From positions 414,919 to 478,918 of the forward strand of contig NZ_JMCB01000013.1 in the NCBI RefSeq assembly GCF_000737315.1: 64,000 nucleotides of DNA, written 5' to 3'. Position numbers and translations under genes: made by a program. Of the stretch, positions 50,974 to 61,363 are shown piece after piece. The first letter of the stretch is position 1; each line of letters starts with the position of its first letter. Source of the stretch: Hyalangium minutum (GTDB lineage: Bacteria > Myxococcota > Myxococcia > Myxococcales > Myxococcaceae). The notes under the pieces are model-generated. The model was given only the letters and a program-made list of their open reading frames with translations. It had not been told where the DNA came from and did not search any database.

Positions 50974-52482
50974 ATGGCCCCTTCCTTCGAGCCCTTTTTC
51001 GCCGCAGTTCGTGAGCACCTGGGTCCCGAGTCCGTGGATACAACGCCGGAGACGGTGGCTCGCTACGGCGCGAACCTGCTTCCGGGAGGGGATCTGCCGC
51101 CCTCGGGCGTCGTGTACCCGGCCTCGGCCGAGCACGTGCAGGCCGTGGTCCGGCTGGCCAACACGCACGGGGTGACGCTGTGGCCCTCGAGCACCGGCGA
51201 GAACCGAGGGCTCGGCTTCAAGTCACCGGTACGCCCGGGGCAAGTGGTGGTGGACCTGGGCCGACGCATGAACCGCATCGTCGAGATCGATGAGACGCTC
51301 GCCTATGCCGTCGTGGAGCCCGGCGTCACCTACGCGCAGCTGTACGCGGAGCTGGGCCGGCGCGGCCACAAGCTGATGATGGACACGACCTCGGGGCCAC
51401 CGGATGGAGGCATCCTCGGCAATACGCTCGACAAGGGCGCCGGGTACACGCCGTACTTCGATCACTTCGGCATGAGCTGTGGCTACGAGGTGGTGCTGCC
51501 CACCGGTGAGCTGCTGCGCACCTCGGATGGAGGGCTTCCGGGCTCGAAGACGCAGCACCTCTCCAAGTATGGGTACGGGCCGTTCCTCGATGGGCTCTTC
51601 GTTCAGTCGAACCTCGGCATCGTCACGCGCATGGGCGTGTGGTTGATGCCCCGGCCGCCGGTGATCCGTTCCTTCTTCTTCTCGTTCCCGGACGATGAGG
51701 ATCTCGGCGACATCATTGAGCTGGTGCGCCCGCTGAAGATGAACAACGTGGTGCCCACGCTCATCAAGGTGACGAGCGACGTCTACGCATTTGGCACCGA
51801 GGAGTCCTATCCCTTCGAGAAGACGGCAGGGAAGACGCCGCTGCCCTTTGAGGTCCGCAAGGAGCTGAGGGAGAAGTACGGCCTGGGGTCCTGGCTCGTG
51901 TCGGGCGCGTTCTATGGACCCTCGGAGGAGGCCGTGCAGCCGCTGATCGAGCGGATGCAGGCCCACTTCATGAAGTCCGGCAAGGCTCGCTACATCTCTC
52001 ACGCCGAGGCGGAGCAGAGCCGGGTCCTGAAGATCCACATCTCCACGTTCAGTGGGCAGCCCACGGCGGATGAGCAGGGGCTGCTGTGGTGGCGGCCAGG
52101 AGGTGGGGCCACGTGGTTCCTGCCCGCTACGCCCATGGTGGGGAAGATCGCCAGCGAGCACCAGGCGCTCTCCCGGCGCATCCTCTCCGAGCACGGCTTC
52201 GAGCTCGCCGTTGAGTATGTGTGCGGCCCTCGCATGAGCCGCGCCCTGCACATCCTCCTCTATAACCGCCAGGAAGCCGAGGAGCGGCAGCGGGCGGCGC
52301 GGTGCTTCCTCGCTCTGCTCAAGGCCTACGCCGAGGCGGGCATCATGGTCTCCCGGGCCCCGCTGGATGTGCAGCAGGAGGTGATGGGGCTCCTCGAGAC
52401 GACGCCCGAGGTGCTCTCGCGCCTCAAGCGCGCCCTGGACCCGGCGGGCATCCTGGCCCCCGGCAAGTACGGAATCGAATGA
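50974..52482 (+). CDS. VAO/PCMH-family FAD-binding oxidoreductase (4-cresol dehydrogenase flavoprotein-like)
   Basis: STGENRGLG, EPGVTY, GNTLDKGAGYT, QSNLGIVT and KRALDPAGILAPGK. Confidence 0.88.
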   Translation: MAPSFEPFFAAVREHLGPESVDTTPETVARYGANLLPGGDLPPSGVVYPASAEHVQAVVRLANTHGVTLWPSSTGENRGLGFKSPVRPGQVVVDLGRRMNRIVEIDETLAYAVVEPGVTYAQLYAELGRRGHKLMMDTTSGPPDGGILGNTLDKGAGYTPYFDHFGMSCGYEVVLPTGELLRTSDGGLPGSKTQHLSKYGYGPFLDGLFVQSNLGIVTRMGVWLMPRPPVIRSFFFSFPDDEDLGDIIELVRPLKMNNVVPTLIKVTSDVYAFGTEESYPFEKTAGKTPLPFEVRKELREKYGLGSWLVSGAFYGPSEEAVQPLIERMQAHFMKSGKARYISHAEAEQSRVLKIHISTFSGQPTADEQGLLWWRPGGGATWFLPATPMVGKIASEHQALSRRILSEHGFELAVEYVCGPRMSRALHILLYNRQEAEERQRAARCFLALLKAYAEAGIMVSRAPLDVQQEVMGLLETTPEVLSRLKRALDPAGILAPGKYGIE

Positions 52483-52583
52483 GAGAGTAGGAGGCCTATG
52501 TTGTTGACTGGCCTTTCATGAGGCGAAGCATAATCCTTGTCGCACGCACAGTGTCTCCAGCAAAAAGCACACAGGAGCTGTTT

Positions 52584-53987
52584 ATGGTAGATGACAAAGA
52601 GCCACTAGCTCTCAAATATTTCCGCATCGTTGGTCTTCATGGGAAAAGAACTTTCAAGATTCCCTTTGATGGAAAGAGACTCGTTCTCGTCGGGGAAAAT
52701 GGAACCGGTAAAAGCACAGTCGTCTCCATGATTTATTACGCATTAACCCGACAGTGGGAGCGCTTAGACGATTACGAATTCAAAGCCATCCAAATCGGCT
52801 TCTCCGGAGAAGAGATAGAAATAGCGAAAGCAGATTTGCCAGAACTTCATCGTGGCACGTCTCGCGAGCGTGGTCCCTTTTCCTCTGGGATGTATCGCAT
52901 AGCCGAAAAATACGTGTCCCGTCACCTAAAGAATGTGATCAGCAGGGATCAAGTCGACAAGGATGCCCTTGCAAGAGAATTGTCAGAAGTCATGGGAATC
53001 TCCATGAGAATGGCTGTTATGCTTGTGTGGGATGTGGTGGGTGGAACAGGAGTTGAAAACCCTGCAGCATCAGTTAACGCCAAGCTCTTAGAGCTCTTTA
53101 ATACGACAGTCCTTTTTTTGCCAACCTACCGGCGCATAGAGAGAGACCTTAAAGCTATATTCCCAAATCTGGAAAAGCATATCGAAGAGTTTAGGCAGTC
53201 GCACAGCCGCCGAAAAGACACTCGCGAGTACATCGAACTGGTCGAGTTCGGAATGCATGACATCGACATCGCGTTCGGCGAAACCATGTCCCAGCTCAAA
53301 GAAGATTTGAGAAAAGGTTTAGATGCATTGACCGGAGAGTATCTAAGAGATGCTCTCAAGAAGGGATACGACGCTGCGGATGTCTCTTTGATTAGGGAGT
53401 TGGATGAACCTACACTCAATAGCATCCTTGGGCGAATTGATGAGAAGTTTCTCCCGTCTGCCGACAAGGAAAGCCTTAAGAAGCGGATCTCGTCAATAAG
53501 AACAGCTGAGCGTGTTCAGTATGACGATCGTGTTGTTGCGCACTTCTTCGGGAAACTTATCGCTCTCCATAAAAGACAGGCCGACAAAGAGAGTTCTGTT
53601 AGAGCCTTTGTCGATATCAGCAATAAATACCTGGAAAACAAGAGGGTAGAGTTCGACAATGGCAACTTCACAATCAAGATAGTACCAATTGACGACTCCG
53701 GTCACGTCAATGGCGAACCACTCCCTCCGAAGATGTTGTCCTCTGGGGAAAAGCAGATAGTCTCACTTTTTACTCACCTGTTCTTGACTAGTAATGAAGG
53801 CTTCTTTGTAATTATAGATGAGCCGGAACTGTCGCTGTCAGTCCCGTGGCAAGAGAGGTTCTTGCCGGATATCTGGGGAAGTGGCCGCTGCAAGGGATTG
53901 CTCGCCGTGACACATTCACCCTTCATCTACAGTAACTACGAGATGAAGGATGCTGCGCACGCCTTGATGGAGTTTGTGGAGGGTTAG
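52584..53987 (+). CDS. ABC-type AAA ATPase, PARIS AriA-like
   Basis: Walker A GENGTGKS, signature LSSGEKQ, Walker B IIDEPE, H-loop THSP. AT-rich codon usage. Confidence 0.85.
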   Translation: MVDDKEPLALKYFRIVGLHGKRTFKIPFDGKRLVLVGENGTGKSTVVSMIYYALTRQWERLDDYEFKAIQIGFSGEEIEIAKADLPELHRGTSRERGPFSSGMYRIAEKYVSRHLKNVISRDQVDKDALARELSEVMGISMRMAVMLVWDVVGGTGVENPAASVNAKLLELFNTTVLFLPTYRRIERDLKAIFPNLEKHIEEFRQSHSRRKDTREYIELVEFGMHDIDIAFGETMSQLKEDLRKGLDALTGEYLRDALKKGYDAADVSLIRELDEPTLNSILGRIDEKFLPSADKESLKKRISSIRTAERVQYDDRVVAHFFGKLIALHKRQADKESSVRAFVDISNKYLENKRVEFDNGNFTIKIVPIDDSGHVNGEPLPPKMLSSGEKQIVSLFTHLFLTSNEGFFVIIDEPELSLSVPWQERFLPDIWGSGRCKGLLAVTHSPFIYSNYEMKDAAHALMEFVEG

Positions 53988-53989
53988 CA

Positions 53990-54931
53990 ATGACTTTCCC
54001 CGATCAACTTCAACAATCCATGCAGCGCAGTGTTGTGATTCTCCATCGGTTTCTCCTTAATGTTGGTAAGCTGCGCTCAGGTGTGCATGCGTTTTTCGAG
54101 GGCAAGACGGACGATTCGTTCTATGGAACTGCCATTCGTAGCCACCTAGATCCAGATCGTAAGTACGCCACGTATCACTGTGGGAGCAAACGTCGCGTGC
54201 ATGATGTGCGCAAGGAAATCAATGGCCGCGTCCCAAGAGGAAGCGTAGCGCTGTTTTTTACCGATCGCGACTTGGATCGCTTGATTCCAGTTGTGTATGA
54301 CTCTTTTGATGATGTGTATGTTACCGATTTCTACTCGGTGGAAAATCATCTTGTTTCTGAAGAGATGCTTGAATGTGTATGGGGCCAAGTATTCCGGCAG
54401 GAACTCGATCCAGCCTCAATGACTCCAGTGATGGAGAAGTTCAGAGAAGGCATGGCGAAGTATTGTTCGACTATGCGGTATGTCATGGCATGGGTGGTGG
54501 TCCAGAGAAGAGCGGGAACAAAGCTCAATCTTGATGACAAGGTAAGCCTGCATGAACTATTCGAAGTAGGCGAGGACCTTGTTGCAAGCACGAAGATCGC
54601 TGATGGAGACGTATACAAAGCCTTGGATAGCATGGCTAGGTGCGTTACCAATGAAGAACAGAAAGCCCAGGCGGACGCTCTTGCAGCACAATTCGTAAAT
54701 GAGTTTCCCAAGAATTTTGTTAGGGGTAGGTTTGAGCTTTGGTTTTTTATGGAGTTTCTGAAGTCGTTGCGAAAGTGGAGTGAACGACAAGGATATCGCG
54801 TCCAGGCCAAGGTTGAACTTGGCTTGGCAAATGCCCTTGATGTCTTAGGTCCACGAGTACGATTGCCAATATCGCTAGCAACATTTCTTCGGAGGCATCT
54901 CGGCAAAGCAGAATTGCCAGGGGCCGTTTAA
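53990..54931 (+). CDS. DUF4435/TOPRIM-like protein, PARIS AriB-like
   Basis: FFEGKTDD and TDRDLD TOPRIM motifs, YSVENHL; starts 2 nt after the ATPase stop. Confidence 0.82.
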   Translation: MTFPDQLQQSMQRSVVILHRFLLNVGKLRSGVHAFFEGKTDDSFYGTAIRSHLDPDRKYATYHCGSKRRVHDVRKEINGRVPRGSVALFFTDRDLDRLIPVVYDSFDDVYVTDFYSVENHLVSEEMLECVWGQVFRQELDPASMTPVMEKFREGMAKYCSTMRYVMAWVVVQRRAGTKLNLDDKVSLHELFEVGEDLVASTKIADGDVYKALDSMARCVTNEEQKAQADALAAQFVNEFPKNFVRGRFELWFFMEFLKSLRKWSERQGYRVQAKVELGLANALDVLGPRVRLPISLATFLRRHLGKAELPGAV

Positions 54932-55481
54932 AGCCATTCTCCTCGTCGAGTGACAAAGACGAACAGATGCCCGGAGTAGACGTCCTCTGCAAAGCTGGAG
55001 CGCACCAGCGCCATCAGCCCGTCGATGGATTCACGCATGTCCACCGGTTCGGTGGCCAACACAATGCGCACCGCCGAGGGCAGTGTCAGCACGAGGGGCA
55101 CTCCAGCGCCGCCATCAGCCGCGCCATATAGGAAACGTCGGTGCCCATCGCGAAGCTCACGCGCACGCCCCTGGCGGTGAGCACCTCCATCTTCCCCGCG
55201 CTGCTCATGGCCGGCGCGGCCACCTCCACCGGCAGCAGGCGCACAGGCGGTGCACTGGGCGCGGCCACTTGGCGCCTCCGCCGGTAAACCCACGACTGCA
55301 CGGTACTCAGCGGCAGCCCTTGCTGCTGGGCGAACTGCTTCTGCGTCAGTCCGCTCTGCTCAAACTGCTCGGCGATGCGGACCCACTGCGGCTTGTCGGC
55401 TGGCTTGGTCATGGGTCCAGGGGTGTCCCACCTCGCTCAACTCAACAAGGTCTCTCAGCACGTCGTCCGCCGGACGGATAC
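54928..55481 (-). mobile_element. IS66 remnant: left end, tnpA and truncated tnpB, no tnpC
   Basis: TnpA 55086-55412 (GLTQKQFAQQQGL...VRLLPVEV). TnpB from GTG 55092 (VDMRESIDGL...HLFVFV) is cut after about 50 aa. Candidate IR GTATCCGTCC ends at 55481. Confidence 0.85.
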
Positions 55482-55731
55482 GAAGCTCACGCCACCGTGG
55501 AAAGTACCTAGGAGCGCGACGGCCCCTCGAGATAGGGGGGCCCGCTCGGGTTCCTCCGGGCGCGACTGCGCCGAGGGTAAGGGATTCACTCGCAGCGTGC
55601 GTCCAGGGTTGGACCACCCTCGGAGGAGGCAGATCCTTGCCTAAGCTCCCAACCCATGGGGTAGTATGGTATCGACACAACCCACTACACCCCATCCGGA
55701 GGAGGACTCCTCCGCGGAAACAGGAGCTGTC

Positions 55732-56136
55732 ATGCCCCTCAACGACGAGCGGGACTATTACGAGCGCATCTACAAAGTCGTGAACCAGATCCCCAAAGGC
55801 ATGGTCGCCACCTATGGAGACGTGGCCGCCATCGTCGGAGACGGCTGTGACGGGCGCATCGTGGGCCATGCCCTCGGGGCGCTTGGGCCCCGGTCGGTCC
55901 AGGTGGCCTGGCAACGGGTCATCGGACGCAACGGCCGCATCACCACCTCCGGCCTGCACCAGCCCGACAAGCTGACCGCCGAGGGGGTCCAGTTCGATGA
56001 GCGCGGCTATGTGGTCATGGAGCGCTGCCACTGGGCCGGCCCGAGCGCCGAGTGGGCCCAGGCCCACGGCTTTCAGCAGCTTCCCAAGGGAGGCGCGGCC
56101 GAGGACGCCCCCGACAGTCAGCTCAGCCTCTTCTAA
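55732..56136 (+). CDS. Alkyltransferase-like (ATL, YbaZ/Atl1-type) DNA damage sensor
   Basis: IPKGMVATYGDVA HTH. The active-site motif has Trp in place of Cys (AWQRV versus PCHRV). Confidence 0.85.
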   Translation: MPLNDERDYYERIYKVVNQIPKGMVATYGDVAAIVGDGCDGRIVGHALGALGPRSVQVAWQRVIGRNGRITTSGLHQPDKLTAEGVQFDERGYVVMERCHWAGPSAEWAQAHGFQQLPKGGAAEDAPDSQLSLF

Positions 56137-56184
56137 GGCCGAAAACCGAGGCTCCCACGGCCCCGGTCGTGGGATTCTCGCGGC

Positions 56185-57339
56185 ATGACCGAGATCGAGA
56201 CCCTCGAAGCCTTCGAGCGTCACCTGCGCAGCGGCAGTCCCTTCCGCAACGTGGTCATCCAGGGGCTGGACCTGCGGGGCTTCACCCGGGAGCTCTCTTC
56301 CGCCCCGCTGGAGGGCTCCGCCTTCCTGGGGTGCCACCTGGAGCAGCAGGCCCTGCAGGCCGCCCTGTCTCACGGCGCCATGGTGTTCCCGCCGTTCCTC
56401 GGGCTGCCCTACCAGCCGTACCGCAGCCACCTCTATACGGTCGAGGAGCTCTACGCGGGCTTCGATCCCTCACGCCCTGGCACCTACGCTGACACGCTGG
56501 ATGCTCGTATTTACGCCCACTGGGTCACCCAGGGCCGCGCCAGCCCGGTGTCCATCCTCGATACGCTGGCCCAGCGGCTCCATGATCACTCCGTCACGGA
56601 CGCCATGGAGGAGCTGCTGGCGGGGAATGGGCAGCCTCGCAAGGTGGTGGCCATCATGGGCGGCCACTCCATGCTCCGAGGCCAGCCGGATTACCGCTCG
56701 GTGGCGGTGCTCGCGCGCGAGCTGACCCGTCGTGGCTTCTTCATGGTGAGCGGTGGAGGCCCCGGCGCCATGGAGGCCACCCACCTGGGTGCGTGGTTCG
56801 CCCGGCGCACCGATGCGGAGCTGGACGCGGCGCTCGCCATCCTCGCGAAGGCCCCGAGCTATAAGGATACTGAGTGGCTCTCTCTCGCCTTCGATGTGCG
56901 CACGGCGTTCCCGCTGCGCCCCGAGGACCTCTTGGCCTGCGCGAGCCTGGGCATCCCCACCTGGCACTACGGGCACGAGCCGCCCAACGCCTTCGCCACC
57001 ATCATCGCCAAGTACTTCGCCAACAGCGTGCGCGAGGAGGGGCTCATCACCATCGCCCGGGGTGGCATCATCTACTCGCCCGGGAGCGCGGGCACCATCC
57101 AGGAGATCTTCCAGGACGCCTGCCAGAACCACTACAACACCGTGGGCGTCGTCAGTCCGATGATCTTCCTCGGCCGCGAGTTCTGGACGCGCACCCGGCC
57201 CATCTACCCGCTCGTGGCGCAGCTGGCCCAGGGCTACGAGTACGCGCGCTACCTGCGGCTCACGGACTCGGTGGACGAAGTCATCCAGGTGCTGGAGGAG
57301 TACGACCGCGACCAGGCCCTGCCGCGCCCGCCCGGCTGA
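56185..57339 (+). CDS. LOG/SLOG family Rossmann-fold nucleotide-binding protein
   Basis: [18 protein letters not shown] and PGSAGTIQE. Confidence 0.85.
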   Translation: MTEIETLEAFERHLRSGSPFRNVVIQGLDLRGFTRELSSAPLEGSAFLGCHLEQQALQAALSHGAMVFPPFLGLPYQPYRSHLYTVEELYAGFDPSRPGTYADTLDARIYAHWVTQGRASPVSILDTLAQRLHDHSVTDAMEELLAGNGQPRKVVAIMGGHSMLRGQPDYRSVAVLARELTRRGFFMVSGGGPGAMEATHLGAWFARRTDAELDAALAILAKAPSYKDTEWLSLAFDVRTAFPLRPEDLLACASLGIPTWHYGHEPPNAFATIIAKYFANSVREEGLITIARGGIIYSPGSAGTIQEIFQDACQNHYNTVGVVSPMIFLGREFWTRTRPIYPLVAQLAQGYEYARYLRLTDSVDEVIQVLEEYDRDQALPRPPG

Positions 57340-57440
57340 GCGCTCGGGTGTGGCTCGGCGTAGGGCTCGGGTCTGACCGGGAGTACGGGGGCCGGCCGGA
57401 AAAGTGCCGGACCGGCGGCAGGGGCTTATCGTCCCCAGTC

Positions 57441-58166
57441 ATGCCAACTCCACATATCTCCGCGGCCGCAGGGGACTTCGCCGAGGTGGTGCTGATGCCC
57501 GGCGATCCGCTCCGGGCGCGCTACATCGCCGAGCGCTTCCTCGAGAGCCCTCGCGAAGTGACGGCGGTTCGCAACATGTACGGCTTCACGGGCACGTTCC
57601 GGGGCAAGCGGCTCTCGGTGATGGGCCATGGAATGGGCATCCCCTCGCTGTCCATCTACGCCACCGAGCTGGTGACGGAGTACGGCGCGCGCGTGCTCAT
57701 CCGCGTGGGGAGCTGCGGCGCCATCCGGAAGGACGTGCCCATGCGCAGCGTCATCGTCGCGACGGGGGCGGGGACGGACTCGAAGGTGAACCGGATGCGG
57801 ATGCTGGACCACGACTTTCCGGCGGTGGCGGACTTCACCCTGGCCCGCCGGGCCGTGGAGGCCGCCGAGCGCATGGGCCGCACGGTGCGCGTGGGCTCCG
57901 TCTTCTCCACGGACTTCTTCTACCACCCGCAGAAGAACCTGCTCGACGTGCTCGAGCGCATGGGCATGCTCGCGGTGGAGATGGAGGTGGCCGGGCTCTA
58001 CGGCGTGGCTGCCGAGTTCGGCGCCCGGGCGCTCGCGCTGCTCACCGTGTCGGATCAGATCCGCCTGGGCGAGCACCTCTCCCCGTCCGAGCGGCAGACC
58101 TCTTTCGACGAGATGATCGAGGTCGCCCTGGAGGTGGCCGCCTCGGAGCTCGGCGCAACCCCCTGA
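57441..58166 (+). CDS. deoD: Purine nucleoside phosphorylase DeoD-type
   Basis: [29 protein letters not shown] and AVEMEVAG. Confidence 0.95.
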   Translation: MPTPHISAAAGDFAEVVLMPGDPLRARYIAERFLESPREVTAVRNMYGFTGTFRGKRLSVMGHGMGIPSLSIYATELVTEYGARVLIRVGSCGAIRKDVPMRSVIVATGAGTDSKVNRMRMLDHDFPAVADFTLARRAVEAAERMGRTVRVGSVFSTDFFYHPQKNLLDVLERMGMLAVEMEVAGLYGVAAEFGARALALLTVSDQIRLGEHLSPSERQTSFDEMIEVALEVAASELGATP

Positions 58167-58170
58167 GCGG

Positions 58171-59472
58171 TCAGGTGGGGGGCTCCTCTTGCGCCGGCTC
58201 GTTCCCGGCGTAGGCGGGGGCCTCGGGAGCATCACGGCCCCAGGCGCCGGGCTCCTTCAGGACCCAGCGCCGGGCCAGCTCCTCGCCCACGCGGCGCAGC
58301 AGCCGGTCCGCGCGGGCGTAGTCCGGGTGCTCGGGGAGCGGGCTCTGGTCGCGCGCCGCCTCCAGCTCGGGGGCGAGCGCCTCGGCGTCTCGGAGCACCT
58401 CGTCCAGCGCGACCCGGCCGTGCTTGATGTCGAGCAGCCGATCGCGGAGCGCTCCCGTGGCCTCGAAGGTGGGCGAGCCGTTCTTCAGCCAGCCCGTGGC
58501 CAGCGCGATGAGGCGCAGCAGGTTGTAGGCATTCTTGGGCCGCAGCTCGCGCGCATCCGGGGGCCGCCGGCCTCCTGAGCGCGCATAGCGGGTGAGCGCC
58601 GCGAAGTCGTTGGCCTCGATGAGCCCCTGGTCCGACAGCGAGCGGTAGAGCTGCTTGATGTACGTCTTCGCCGCGAGGATTCCATCTTCGGGCGTGGGGG
58701 CCTGGCGCGGGGACTGCTTCGCCAGCCGGCGGGCCACCTCGTCGAGATCCGGCGCGGGCTCCTCGCACAGCCAGTCGAGGACGAGATCGCGGTGCTCGGC
58801 CAGGCGCTGCGAGCTGGACAGCTTGTGGAGCTGGCTCAGCGCGTAGCGGCCGAAGCTGCCGAAGATGTTGCGGGAGACGAAGGCCTCGCGCTCGGCCAGC
58901 AGCCACTCGCCCAGCACGTCCTTGGCGCGAGCCGAGGGCACGAAGAGCAGCTCCAGCGTGTTGGGATCCGCGCGCAGCGCTTGATCGATGGCCTTGCGGA
59001 CCTCCCAGTAGGTGGCGCTGCCATCGGCGCTGACGAGATCCCGGGGGAACTCACCCAACCCCCACGTCCACGACAGCGGGAGCGCGAAGGCCCCGCGCAG
59101 GTCCGTGTCCGAGCCTTCGTGAGCCAGCCCCCAGGCGCGTGAGCCCACGGTGGCCTCGAGCACGACGCATGGCTGGAGCGCATCCCACGCGGCGGCGCGG
59201 CGCAGGGCGAACTGCACCTGCCCGGGCTTGCGCGGTACCAGCTCCTCGCGGGCATACCAGAGCTCGCCTAAGCCGGTGATCTGTACGTCCAGGCCGCCAT
59301 CCCGTGCACGGACGACGCGGCCCACCATGCCCTGCGGCACGCGGCGCTCACCCGACACGCGCGCGACACGGGTGATGACCTCCGTGCCATGCGGCAGCGG
59401 AACGGAGAGGGGATCGACGCTCTCGAGCCCCTTGATGCGGTGCTGACCCTGGCCCATGGGCCGAGAATACAT
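58171..59472 (-). CDS. DNA pol-beta-superfamily nucleotidyltransferase with an N-terminal extension
   Basis: GSRAWGLAHEGSDTDLRG motif, DPNTLELL and YNLLRLI. Confidence 0.82.
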   Translation of the reverse strand: MYSRPMGQGQHRIKGLESVDPLSVPLPHGTEVITRVARVSGERRVPQGMVGRVVRARDGGLDVQITGLGELWYAREELVPRKPGQVQFALRRAAAWDALQPCVVLEATVGSRAWGLAHEGSDTDLRGAFALPLSWTWGLGEFPRDLVSADGSATYWEVRKAIDQALRADPNTLELLFVPSARAKDVLGEWLLAEREAFVSRNIFGSFGRYALSQLHKLSSSQRLAEHRDLVLDWLCEEPAPDLDEVARRLAKQSPRQAPTPEDGILAAKTYIKQLYRSLSDQGLIEANDFAALTRYARSGGRRPPDARELRPKNAYNLLRLIALATGWLKNGSPTFEATGALRDRLLDIKHGRVALDEVLRDAEALAPELEAARDQSPLPEHPDYARADRLLRRVGEELARRWVLKEPGAWGRDAPEAPAYAGNEPAQEEPPT

Positions 59473-60237
59473 GGGCGGAACCTCTCAGGGGCCGAGGGCT
59501 AGCTCTTAGGTAACTGAGGCGGACGTATTCCGATGGAGGAGGTTTACGCAGAGCCCTATGGCGTGCGGAGTACGGCATCACCCATCCTCGAATTTCCGCT
59601 CCGGGATTCTTACCTGCTCGAAGAGTCGCTCTTTGGGGAGCGACCATGCAGCAGCTACAGCCTCTACTGCAGCTCCGATGAGTGAGTGCTGGAGGTCTCG
59701 GCGTGGAGCATCGAGCGCGGGCCAGAAACTCGGCGGAGTTCCCTGAATCGGTCGCACCTGTGTGCCTGTCATGACCTTAAGCACGTTGGGGGCAAGGGTC
59801 GCGGACGCGTGGGCGCTTGGCTCAATCGAGGAGACCAGACGAATTCTTCTCAGAGGCCTGCTCCACTCCACAAGTTGATCGACAGTTTTCTATTCAGGGA
59901 TAGGGCCTGTCTCCGCTACTGGCAATGAAGAGGTGTGCCCCACAGGCTCTGATCCTGAGGCATCCCCTCATATGAGGCCGAAGACTTCGCGGAAGGCGGG
60001 CTGCTCGCAGACGAGTTGAGCGAAGCGCGCCATGAGTGGCCGCAACCTGTGCTCGGGCATGTAGGGAATGGCCTAGTAGTACATGCAGCCCTGGCGAGGA
60101 AGTATATAATCCCGTATGGACAGAATGGAAGTAGCAACTACACCCAAAGCGAAACCGCGCTGTTTTTAGCCACTCACGCTGCTCGCTCTGGAGCACACGC
60201 GACATTTGAATTCATGCAAGAATTCTGATTCGGTCGT

Positions 60238-61218
60238 TTAGCGCTGAAGTCTCTCCATGAGCAGCGTCCATAGATGTTCGGCAGCGCCTTGGTGCGACAG
60301 CTTCTCGTCGAGCTGCTGACCAAAGGACTGCATTCCGAGAGGTTTCAGATAGAGCGATTGGCTGTCATGCTCAACATTCAACATTTCGTTGATGCCGTTT
60401 CCCGCCATAGACGTGCCATAAGAGAAGGCAATGCCCTCTCGGCGTCCAAAGTTGCTCAGACTGATCGCGCACTCTGCCAGCTTCTCACCGTTCCTATAAA
60501 CAGAGGCAGCGAACTGGCGTGCATCGATGCGCTGATATCTCGTCCTGATGTCAGCGTTGCGCTTTTGGAGTTCTTCCAAAGAGCCTTCAAAGAATCTAGC
60601 CATATACTCGAAGGCGTCATGCACAAACTGGTCATGATCCAGTTCTGAGAACTCCCTCTTCACTCGCAGGTTGCTTGAGCGTAGCCGCTCCGATGCTGTA
60701 AGTGCGGCGCCGATAGCAACTGCTGATGTTCCTCTCTGCGCGGATTGACTCGGATGAATAGCACTTGAATCCTGGAGCGTGCCGAGTTCTTTTACTGCCT
60801 CACGGACTTTCACTGCGACATCTGTCAATGCCTCATCCTCGTTTGGCCACATTGTAACGGGTTTCCCATCCCGTGGAGCGGCCAGCAGTTTGCCGAATGG
60901 GGACGAGTGCCAATCGCACGAGCGCAAAATCACAGGGATCACCCGTGCCTCGTCGGCTTCGTGGCGCTCAAGGGCTCTCATCATCTCCTTGGAGTAACAG
61001 TATTCAGAGGCGAGAAAATCAGAACTCACCAGCAGAAGGATGACATTGGCCGCCTCAAGGTGTTTGCTGATGGAAGCGTCGAACTCATTGCCGGCCGTAA
61101 TTCGACGGTCATGCCAAGGCTCGATGAGCCCCTGGCGCTTGAGCATCGTCAGGTGAGTCTCGAGCCTGTTACGAAGTGCCTCGTCGGCATGGCTGTAAGA
61201 AAAGAAGAGCTTTGCCAT
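60238..61218 (-). CDS. TIR-domain protein with an uncharacterised C-terminal domain
   Basis: LFFSYSHAD, WHDRRI, LVSSDFLASEYCYSKE (putative catalytic Glu) and VIPVIL; low GC. Confidence 0.9.
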   Translation of the reverse strand: MAKLFFSYSHADEALRNRLETHLTMLKRQGLIEPWHDRRITAGNEFDASISKHLEAANVILLLVSSDFLASEYCYSKEMMRALERHEADEARVIPVILRSCDWHSSPFGKLLAAPRDGKPVTMWPNEDEALTDVAVKVREAVKELGTLQDSSAIHPSQSAQRGTSAVAIGAALTASERLRSSNLRVKREFSELDHDQFVHDAFEYMARFFEGSLEELQKRNADIRTRYQRIDARQFAASVYRNGEKLAECAISLSNFGRREGIAFSYGTSMAGNGINEMLNVEHDSQSLYLKPLGMQSFGQQLDEKLSHQGAAEHLWTLLMERLQR

Positions 61219-61363
61219 TAACTGAGCCTCGGTCAAACACGTGAAGAAGACTAGTTTGTGATACCAAAAGCATTGGTCCCAGGCACCACATGGCCATTTG
61301 CGGAATAGCCCCGTAAAGCCTCTGGTAAACACTCCTCAAGGGGAATCTGAACTGACTAAGGCA

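Noticed and set aside
59480-60230. Short ORFs in the low-GC spacer, including an LFIASS (TIR-like) and an LWSGAG (SIR2-like) string
   Set aside because: Each is followed by stops within a few codons and has no further motif support. It could be decayed cargo, but I cannot support a call.
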